Source: an uncultured Planctomycetota bacterium
GTDB taxonomy: Bacteria; Planctomycetota; Planctomycetia; Isosphaerales; Isosphaeraceae
Length of the DNA: 64,000 nt
NCBI GenBank assembly: GCA_963823665.1
Contig: CAWGMQ010000003.1
Location: forward strand, 1,184,001-1,248,000
Reading direction: 5' to 3'
Shown: piece after piece, positions 32,571 through 43,400 of the stretch
Layout: each line of letters begins with the position of its first letter
Position numbering within the stretch: position 1 is the first letter of the stretch
Made by a program: the position numbers and the translations under genes
Notes under the pieces: generated by a model
What the model was told of the DNA's origin: nothing
Database searches by the model: none
Seen by the model: the letters and a program-made list of their open reading frames with translations, nothing else

Positions 32571-32650
32571 CTCCCGCTCTTGATCTTCATCTTATTAATC
32601 TCAATCTTGATCCTAATCGTAATCCCAGTCCTAACTCTGCTCCCACCTCC
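32571..32650. repeat. Degenerate hexamer simple repeat (ATCYNN-like units)
   Basis: CTCTTG ATCTTC ATCTTA TTA ATCTCA ATCTTG ATCCTA ATCGTA ATCCCA GTCCTA. Confidence 0.6.
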
Positions 32651-33095
32651 ATGTTCAACCGTCCACTCCGAGCGACCACTTCGTTTTGTACATTCGTCTC
32701 GCGCCCTTATCCCACAAGGACTACGGGAACGCACTCGCTCGTTCTCGATGGCGAGCCACGGCCCAAACTCGAAGCCAAAAACTCGCCCGCGAGCACGTCG
32801 CTTTGATCCAAAATCGCCACGGCGCGGCCCGCGACGCGCTCCATCCCCAAATCCGGAGTCGGCCACCATCCGCAAGTGCAAATGGCAAAACGGCTTCGGT
32901 CCATCCATGAGCTTTTAGCCCCCTGGCGCAAAATGATATCTTTTGATAGCAAGAATCGAAGAACTTCGCCTTCCTCCGACCGGTGCCGGCGAGCGACTCC
33001 CGCACTTGAATGACGGCACGGCAAAGCGACGGAGTCACTCTGCGCAATGCCAAATCTTGCCTGGCTTTCGGTTTTTCTCGCACCGCATTTACGCG

Positions 33096-33130
33096 TTGCA
33101 CTTTCTTGCACTCGATTGCACTACTTGCGT
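33096..33130. promoter_or_regulatory. Three TTGCACT direct repeats at 10-bp period
   Basis: TTGCACT at 33096, 33106 and 33116, plus TTGCGT at 33125, inside the 2.2-kb divergent intergenic region. Confidence 0.35.
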
Positions 33131-34404
33131 GAATTTCGCCGCTGTTCTCACGAAGAGTAGAAATCGACGAGGAGGTAGGAAAGCAAAGGGAGCCGCCCCA
33201 GGTCAGCGGCCCAGGCCCGTCGGCACGCCGTCGAAGGGCTCGTAAGGGACGAGTGCGAGTTCTGAAGTTCAATGCTCGAATGTCGCTCATGTGAGATGGA
33301 GATTGGACAACGCCTGTTTCGAATTCGGGATGGAATGAATGGGAGATTCGAGCCACGGACCAACCAGCATGGTCGTCCCGGCAACCCGCACCCTCGCGAC
33401 GCCGTCCAGTCCAGCCCCGCGCGTGCGACGCGCTTCCCCCTGATGATAATATGCGACGGGTTTGCGGCCCCGACAACATTTTGTAAGTGCTTTCTTATTC
33501 GACTAAAAACGCAAGTTCAAGCGAGCAAAAGAATTGACCACGGTTTCATGTCGATATGTTGAGCCCGTTCAACGCGCATTGAAAACTGCCCGGCGGAACA
33601 TTCCTGATCACTCAGTCGGTGCCTGGCCCTCGACGCGGGGCAATCATTTTGCGCAATGCGGCGAGCGCGCCGAAATTGTGCGAATTGTCGCCGTCAGAAT
33701 CTTCGAACACCGAGTCCCGGTCCGACACAACCCGCTCACCGCGACGGACGACATCATCTCCTTCGATCCGATCCGTTCGCATTCGTGCGGATAATCATGA
33801 TGTGATTGCATCATGTTGACCATCAAGCGATCAAGCCTCTCTCCAATTGACCTGGATTTTTTCGACGAAGCGGCACGCTCACCGCATCGTGAAGCCAAGA
33901 CTCTAATTAGGCAAGTTTGTCGGACGCGCGACTCCCTGATTTGCGCGAAAGAACTCAGCTTAGTCGCGCAAGCTGCCTCAAGACCGTCCGTGATTACTGT
34001 TGGAGGCGCGCGATTCCGACGCACGTGAGTTATGCAACAATTCTTAAACTATTCATTGAGCCGTGCAGACGGGCCATTGCAGGGTAACTTGACGAGACCA
34101 GGCGACGGCGTGCGCCGTCATTCTGCTGATTTGCAAAGGAGCGCGGGACTAGGCCAAGCCTGTTGTCACTTTACATGAGCGAACGGCTGCCAGCAATGAT
34201 TGCCGGGTCAAGCAGCGTCTGTTCGCACGCAAGATTTTGATGCTCTGATTTCTGATCCCGAGACATCGACGATGATCTCGGGCGCATTTCACCCAGATTC
34301 GATTGCGATTCTGCACAGAACGATCGTCCACGATTCGACGAACGCCGTCGATTGATTCAAGAGCCCGTCGACGTAGAGCCAGTTCGCTCCATGAGGTGCA
34401 CCCA

Positions 34405-37400
34405 ATGAAACCCGACGCGCACAAATACCGTCCATCACGTCGTCAAAACGGTCGCATAGGCGACCACGCCCTCCGCTTGTTCTGCGAAGTGCTCGAAGAC
34501 CGCACAATGCTGTCGACGATGGACTTCACCAACCCCGCCGGCGGCCTCTGGGGCACTGCGGCCAATTGGACAAATGCAGCCGTCCCGACTGACCACCACG
34601 TTCCGAACTCGACCGACAACGCGGTCATCGACGTGGCCGGAAACGTTACGGTCACGTACCAAGGCAGCCAGCCTACAGTCGAGAACATTGAGAACGACGA
34701 CACGCTTTGGGTCAACGGCTCGAGCGCTGGAGGCACTGCCAACCTGACGATGAGTCAAGGGATGACGAACAGCGGTACGATCCTGCTCGAGTCGAGCAGC
34801 GGGGGCTACCAGTCCAGCATCGCCACCGGATCGAGCACCCTGACCAACCTCGGCACCATCCAAGCCTCCCTCGGCTCCGGCGGCGCTCGCATCATCAGCG
34901 GCACCCTCGCCAATCAGGGTTCGGTCTCCGCCGATAACAACGATTACCTCGAGATCACGGGTACCTATCAGGCGCAGGGTGGCACCACGACCGGGCCCGC
35001 CGAACTCTATAGCTGCAAGCTCTACGAGACCACCTCCCCAGCCGCAACGTCGACCATCGTCATCGCCAGCACCAGCGACACCCTGGAAACCGACAACCTG
35101 ACCGGATACACCCTCTGGGTCAACGGCAGTTCCCTGTTCAACACCGATGCAATCCTCAACCTGGGCGGCAACGTCAATAACCGGGGCGCAATCCTGCTTG
35201 AGTCGAGCAACGGCGCCTACCAGTCCAACATCGCCACAGGTTCGAGCACCCTGACCAACCTCGGCACCATCCAAGCCTCCCTCGGCTCCGGCGGCGCTCG
35301 CATCATCAGCGGCACCCTCGCCAATCAGGGTTCGGTCTCCGCCGATAACAACGATTACCTCGAGATCACGGGTACATATCAGGCGCAGGGTGGCACCACG
35401 ACCGGGCCCGCCGAACTCTATAGCTGCAAGCTCTACGAGACCACCTCCCCAGCCGCAACGTCGACCATCGTCATCGCCAGCACCAGCGACACCCTGGAAA
35501 CCGACAACCTGACCGGATACACCCTCTGGGTCAACGGCAGTTCCCTGTTCAACACCGATGCAATCCTCAACCTGGGCGGCAACGTCAATAACCGGGGCGC
35601 AATCCTGCTTGAGTCGAGCAACGGCGCCTACCAGTCCAACATCGCCACAGGTTCGAGCACCCTGACCAACCTCGGCACCATCCAAGCCTCCCTCGGCTCC
35701 GGCGGCGCTCGCATCATCAGCGGCACCCTCGCCAATCAGGGTTCGGTCTCCGCCGATAACAACGATTACCTCGAGATCACGGGTACCTATCAGGCGCAGG
35801 GTGGCACCACGACCGGGCCCGCCGAACTCTATAGCTGCAAGCTCTACGAGACCGCCTCGCCAGCCTCAGCGTCGACTATCGTCGTCGCCAGCACCAGCGA
35901 CACTCTGGAAACCGACAACCTCTCCGGGTACACCGTCTGGGTCAACGGCAGTTCCCTGTTCAACACCGATGCAATCCTCAACTTGGGCGCCAACGTCAAT
36001 AACCGAGGCGCAATCCTGCTTGAATCGAGCAACGGTGCCTACCAGTCCAACATCGCCACCGGATCGAGCACCCTGACCAACCTCGGCACCATCCAAGCCT
36101 CCCTCGGCTCCGGCGGCGCTCGCATCATCAGCGGCACCCTCGCCAATCAGGGTTCGGTCTCCGCCGATAACAACGATTACCTCGAGATCACGGGTACATA
36201 TCAGGCGCAGGGTGGCACCACGACCGGGCCCGCCGAACTCTATAGCTGCAAGCTCTACGAGACCACCTCCCCAGCCGCAACGTCGACCATCGTCATCGCC
36301 AGCACCAGCGACACCCTGGAAACCGACAACCTGACCGGATACACCCTCTGGGTCAACGGCAGTTCCCTGTTCGACACCGATGCAATCCTCAACCTGGGCG
36401 GCAACGTCAATAACCGGGGCGCAATCCTGCTTGAGTCGAGCAACGGCGCCTACCAGTCCAACATCGCCACAGGTTCGAGCACCCTGACCAACCTCGGCAC
36501 CATCCAAGCCTCCCTCGGCTCCGGCGGCGCTCGCATCATCAGCGGCACCCTCGCCAATCAGGGTTCGGTCTCCGCCGATAACAACGATTACCTCGAGATC
36601 ACGGGTACCTATCAGGCGCAGGGTGGCACCACGACCGGGCCCGCCGAACTCTATAGCTGCAAGCTCTACGAGACCGCCTCGCCAGCCTCAGCGTCGACTA
36701 TCGTCGTCGCCAGCACCAGCGACACTCTGGAAACCGACAACCTCTCCGGGTACACCGTCTGGGTCAACGGCAGTTCCCTGTTCAACACCGATGCAATCCT
36801 CAACTTGGGCGCCAACGTCAACAACAATGGCACGATCCTGCTGCAGTCCAGCAACGGCGCCTACCAGTCCAACATCGCGGCTGGCTCATTCACCTTGACC
36901 AATGCGCCTGGCGGCACGATCCAGATCAACCCCGGTAGCGGCGGGGCCCGCTCGATCGGCGCAACGAGCACCCTGACATCGAACCTGCTCACCAACCCCG
37001 GCGCGGAAACCGGGAATCTAGGCGGCTGGACCATCGGCGGAACTTCGAATCCCACGGTAGACAGCGGCTCGTTCGATCCCGGCATCAATCCACATAGCGG
37101 CAGCTACGATTTCCGCGGTGGCACCGGTGCGTCGGGCACGTTAACTCAGAACGTACCGCTCGTCGGCACGCAGGGCATCACCGCCGCGGCCATCGACACG
37201 GGAAGCTTGACAGCCATAGTCGGATTCTGGGAACAAGGCCTGAACCAGGGATCGCCCAGTGACGACGCTCAGGTTACGTTGACCTTCCGCAACGGTTCCG
37301 GCACCATTCTGAGCACAGCCTCAACGCCTGAGGTTGACTCACATAACGGAACCTGGCAGCAATACACAAGCGGCGTCTTGATTCCAGTCGGCACGCGCTC

Positions 37401-40400
37401 GATCGACTACACAATCCAGTTCATACGCCACTTCGGCAGTGACCTGGATGCCTTCGTGGACGACACAAGCCTCGCCGTCGGTGGCGCCGCCGTCGTGAAT
37501 AACGGCACCGTCAATTTCGACGCAAACACAACGCTCGGAGCGGCCGGAGCCAGCTTCGTCAACGCCGGCCTCATGAGCATCGCGGGCACGACCGTAACCC
37601 TGGTCGGCGCCGCGTTCACGAACTCCGTCGGCGGACTCGTGAGCGGTCACGGCACGTTCAGCACGTCCGGACTTACGCTGACAAACAACGGCATCATCGA
37701 CCTCTCCCCCCCAAGTATTCTCGGCGTGGACCTCGAATCATCCTTCCTCGCGATCACGTATTACGACGCCACCGGAATGAATGCGGCGACAGTCACGAAT
37801 GCCGCAAATTACACGATTCTGGGCAGCGGAGGGGATGGGATCTTCGGCAACGGCAACGACGTCAATCGCTCCGCGGCTATCTCGGGGGTGACCTACAATG
37901 CATCCACGGAAACCGCGTTCGTCCAGTTCTCAAGCGCGCTGCCCAACGACTTCTACCGCGTACAGGTGAATGGAAGCGCTGTACAGAACGCTGCCGGAAC
38001 GCAGCTCCTGGCTGGAACCCAGGACCAGGTGAATCGAGTCCTCGGCGCGGTGTCCGCACTGGCCACCGTGAATCTCGACCCGGCGAGTGACTCGGGCGCC
38101 TCGAACAGCGACGGCATCACGAACGTCAAGACGCCGACCTTCGACGTCCAGGTAAACCAGGCTGGCACGATCCAGATGGATTTCGACGGCAACGGCACGA
38201 TCGACGCGACTCTTTCCGTACAGATTGCGGGGGAGTACCCATTCACGGCGCCAACGCTGGCCGACGGGTCCTATCTCGCCACGGTTCACTTCACCGCCGC
38301 TAACGGCAGTTCGGACGTGACGACCACCGCTTTCACCATCGACACCAAAGCTCTCAGTGTCGTGCCGCAGGCGAGCGGGCCGGGCACTGCTCTGCACTTC
38401 GACGGCGTGAATGATTACGTGCCGGTCGGCAACCTCGGCGCCCGGCCGAGCCAGGGAACAATTTCCTTCTGGATGGAAGCGGACGTTGTCCAGAGTTACC
38501 GCAACGTTTTGACGACCGGTCCGGTCACCTCAGACGGCACGAATGGCAACCAGGGTATCCGCTTTGAAGAATTCACAGGCGGTGAGTTCGGCGCGGTCAT
38601 CGGCAGTGATACGGCGAACAGTACGAGCGGCTTCACTGGCCACTCTTATACCGAAAACCTGCAGGTCGGGACCTGGTACAACGTCGCTCTCACCTGGGAT
38701 TCCACAACCAACCGTGTGGAAGGCTACCTCAACGGCGTGCTCGCGTTCAATGACTCGAACACAACGTGGCCCTCCAACTTCGCAAATCTCACCTTCGGCG
38801 TCGGCTGGTCCACGAGTCGGTATTGGGAGGGCGACATTGACGATGTCCAGCTTTGGGACATCCAGCGCTCCGCGGCACAGATCCAGACCGACATGAGCAT
38901 CCCGTTGACCGGAACCGAGACCGGCCTGATTGGTTACTGGCGCTTCGACGAAGGCAGCGGCGACTACATCACCGACACGTCAGGCCACGTTCCCAACGCC
39001 ATCCTTGGCGGCGGCAATTCGGCTCAGAGTCCCACGTGGGTGCCGTCGGGGGCCAGCATCACGTCAAGCATCGAGGTTGCGCCCCTGACCAGCCGGACGG
39101 TCGTTTTCAGCGAGGCCGTGGACCCCGCCACCATTTCCACGAGTGACTTTGTCTTGGAAGAGCCGGGCAACGCAGGCAGTGAGCCGATCACGTCGCTGAG
39201 CGGCTCCGGCGCGACTTGGACTGTCGGCTTTGCCTCGATCACCACTCCCGGACTCTACACACTTCTCGTCGGACCTCAGATCGCCGACATCGCGGGCAAC
39301 GAATTCGACGGCAACGGCAACGGCATCCAGGGAGAGCCCACCGACGCCGGACGCGACTTGTTCAATCTTGTCCTGTCGGCGTCGGTATCGCTCACGATGG
39401 ACCCCGCCAGCGACTCGGGTGCGTCAAGCGACGACGGAATCACGAACGTCACAGACCCAACGTTCGACGTCACCGCCAACCAAGCCGGCACAATCACAAT
39501 CGACTTCGACGGCAACGGCACGACCGACGCCACCGTGAACTTGCCGGCTGCAGGCACTTACCAGGTCGCTGCCGGAAATCTGGGCGACGGTACCTACACG
39601 GCGGAGGTCAACTTCCAGACGGACACCGGGCAAGCCGCCCAGGCAACGACGACCTATACCATCGACACGGTCGGGGCTCATGTCACCTCGATGACTCCCA
39701 GCGGAACCATTGGCACGAGCGCGTCCGACGTCATGGTCACCTTCAGCGAGCCGGTGGACCTGAATACGTTCATCCCCTCAGCGATCACATTCACCGGGCC
39801 CGGCGGACCGATCTCGGTCAACCAGCCGCAGCTTGTTTCGGGATCGACCTACGCCATCGGTTTCGCCGTTCAGGCGGCATCGGGTGCTTATGCCTTGACC
39901 ATCGCGCCGAGCGTCACCGACCTTGCCGGGAATAAGCTCGATCAGAACCAGAACGGCATCAACGGCGAACCCAGCGACTCCTTTACTGGTTCGTTCACGG
40001 AGAACTTGCCGGTCGGCGGCCCAATCACCCTGAACACGCCGGCGCTGGGCTTCATTCCCGCGAACATGGTGGACGACTGGACGTTCTTCGGCCGGGCGGG
40101 CCAGACCATCACAACCGTCGTGAGTCCGAGCGCTCCTGCAACCGTCGTGTCGCCACCGCCCCTCAACTACGCTCAGGTCTCTCTCGTCGATTCCAGCAAC
40201 AACGTCCTCGGCACAGTCAGCAACATGCAGATTGGAACCACCGCAACGCTGGCAAGCATCACGCTCCCCGCCGACGGCGTCTACCACGTCGAGATCCAGG
40301 CGCCTGCCGGCGAGCCCGGCATCACGGGCTTTTATGACCTCACCGTCGCCGATGCGACCGTGCACCAGATGCCCCTCATCGTCAACGAGACTGAGACCGG

Positions 40401-43400
40401 TCAACTGCTCGATAGCTTTAGCTCCGACCAGTGGACATTCTCGACCACGGCCAATCAGCAAGTGCAGCTCAATCAGGTCGTAGCTTCAAATTCCGGCATC
40501 GAGTTTGACCTCACCGGCCCGAACGGCTACACAGCCTTCCGTGGGCTGACAACGGGCTCGGGCGAGATCGACCTCCCGTTCACCGGCACCTACACGCTAA
40601 CCGTTCACACAGTCGGCCAACCCGGCGGATATGGATTCGAGCTCGACCAGGCTTCCCAGATCGCGCTCTCTTTGAACTCGCCCTACCACGTGCCGCTCGC
40701 CGGCAGCGGCCAGTCGCAGCTCTTCGAAGTCACGATGACGGCAGCCAACCCGCTTGAGATCGCTCTGACCGACGCCAACCCACTGGATCATAACGAGGTC
40801 TACGTCTCGTACGGCCAGCTCCCAACCCGCGACAGCTATGACGACCGCTTCACCGGCGGAGCAGCCCCGGATCAAACAGTCGCGCTGACAGCCAAGCCCG
40901 GCACATATTACATCCTGGTGTACAACAACCTGGTGAACGCCGCGGGTACCTACACGATCGAGGCCGACAGCGAGCCGTTCCTTCTGAGCGGCCTGACGCC
41001 GGGCAAGGTCGGCAACGCCGACGACACGACCCTGCAATTTTCGGGTGTCTTCCCCCTGGCGACTTCCAATGGCGGATACGTCATCAGCGACGCGCCGACA
41101 GTGCAGCTCATCGCCCAGAACGGGACGGTCATCCCGGCGACACCGTTGCCACTCAAGCCGCCGCCCTTCGGTACCCTCGGCGATCAGTCGAGTGGCGTCA
41201 ATCCGGACGGCACCATGACCGTCACCGCGATCCTCCCCGGCGGCGTCATTCTGCCTGGAACCTACTCGGTCCGCGTCACCGACAACACCGGTTACTCGCA
41301 GGCGCTTTCGAAACGCGCTCACCGTCGTTCAGGGTGGTCTCGGGATCCTCAAGACCAATGTGATCGTCCCGAACCCCATCGGCTACCACGAAGCAGCCAC
41401 GATCTACGTCCAGTACACGAACATCGGCGATGCGCCCCTCGCGGCCCCGATCCTGGTGCTGTCGGCAACGCAGAACGGTGTCGAAGGCGCGCTGATGACA
41501 CTCGACGCATCCAAGATCGTCTCCGGCTTCTGGACCACAGCCACGCCCGACGGCTACAGCCAGTCCGTGGAGTTCCTTGCGAGTGGCTCCGTCCCCGGCA
41601 TCCTCCAGCCCGGCGAGAGCGAGACTGTGCCGGTCTACTACGCCGGCTGGCTCGAAAACCAATGGGACTTCTCGCGTCCGCCAATCGATTTCAGCCTGGG
41701 GGTGCTCGACAACACCAACACTCAAACGATCGATTGGGCTTCGCTCGAGAGCAGCCTGCAGCCGCCCTCCATCAGCCAGGTAGCCTGGGCCGCACTCTAT
41801 CCCGATCTTACGTCCGAGCTCGGTTCCACGTGGGGAGACTACGTCAATAAGCTGGACGCCGACGCCCAGTACCTTGCCGGCCTCGGCGACAACGTCACCG
41901 ACATCGGCCAGTTGTTCAGTTTCGAGGTCCAGCAGGCAAACGGCTTCAGCCCGCTCTCGACCTTGGCCAGCGCCACGGACGCCCAGGTCGCTGCGCCCGG
42001 CCTTTCGCTCAGCATCGACAGGGATTTCGCACCTGGGATCATCGCGCGAAACGAGTTTGGCCCATTCGGCTGGGGTTGGTCCGACTCCTGGGACACCTCC
42101 ATCTCCGTCGATTCGGATGGTTCTGTGAACGTGCTCGGGCCCGACGGCTCGCTGCGCCGGTTCCAACCCGATAGCCGCGGCGGCTATTTCGATCAGCCGG
42201 GCGACTACGGCACGCTGGCAGCGCTTCCCGGTGGCGGCTACACGCTGACCGAGCTCGACGGCCAGGTCACTGCATATAACCCGGACGGGACGCTGAACTA
42301 CATCCAAGACACCAACGGCAATCGCATCACCACGAGCTACACCGATGGCTTACTGACCAAGTTAACCCATTCGTCCGGCCAGTTCCTTCTGCTGGCCTAC
42401 AACAACGCAGGCCTGATTTCCTCGATCACCGATTCCGATGGCCGAACCACGACCTACCATTACGATCCGACGGATCAATACTTGACGTCGGTGGTCGACT
42501 TCAACGGCCAGACCACCAGCTACACCTACGACACCGGTGCGAATGCTGCGACCGCCCATGCCCTGCTTTCGGTAACCAACTCCGACGGCACGCACGACTA
42601 TTACACTTACAACAGCGTTGGCCAGCTCTCAGACGCACACCGGGACGGCGGCAGTGAGGACACGATCTTCTCCTACAGCGAAGGTCAGGTCGTTGTCGCA
42701 GACGCACTCGGCGACGCCACGACGTACTCATTTGACAATCGTGGCTTGCTGCTCCAGGTCCAGAATCCTCTTGGAGACACCGTTCACTACTCTTACGACA
42801 GCAACTTGAACCTGATCCAGACGACCGACGCCGCGGGACAGGTCTACACAAACACGTATGACAACTACGGGAACGTCCTCACCTCGACCGATCCGCTCGG
42901 TCATACTGTCAGCTACACCTACGACTGCACCTACGACACGTTGGCCTCTGTAACTGATCCCAACGGAAACACCACTAATTACGCCTACGACGGCAAGGCC
43001 AACCTCACTTCGACGACCTATCCCGATGGCACGGTGGAATCCGTGGCGTACGACCCGATCGGCAATGTCCTGAGCTCGACCGATCCGTTGGGCCAGACCA
43101 CGCAGTACACATACGACGCGGCTGGTGACATCCTCACAGAGACGTTCGCTGATGGCTCGGAGAATGTCTTCACATACGACTCCCATCAAAATCTCACGAG
43201 CGCCACCGACGCGAGCGGCACGACGATCTTGACCTACAACCCAAGCGACGAGTTGGTCCAGATTACCTATCCTGGCGGCCATTACTTGAAGTACAGCTAC
43301 GACCAGGCCGGCCGGCGCATCGCGATGGTGGATGACACCGGATTTACCGTCAACTACGCGTATGACGCTGCCGGCAATTTGTCCGCATTGACCGATGGTT

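Noticed and set aside
34837..36891. Tandem array as CRISPR or DGR template/variable repeats
   Set aside because: Units are 411 bp, in frame and without spacers. Differences are not adenine-specific, and no cas or reverse transcriptase gene is in the window.
41300..41320. Programmed ribosomal frameshifting in the RHS gene
   Set aside because: No slippery heptamer or stimulator is present, and the window has many similar indels in unrelated genes.
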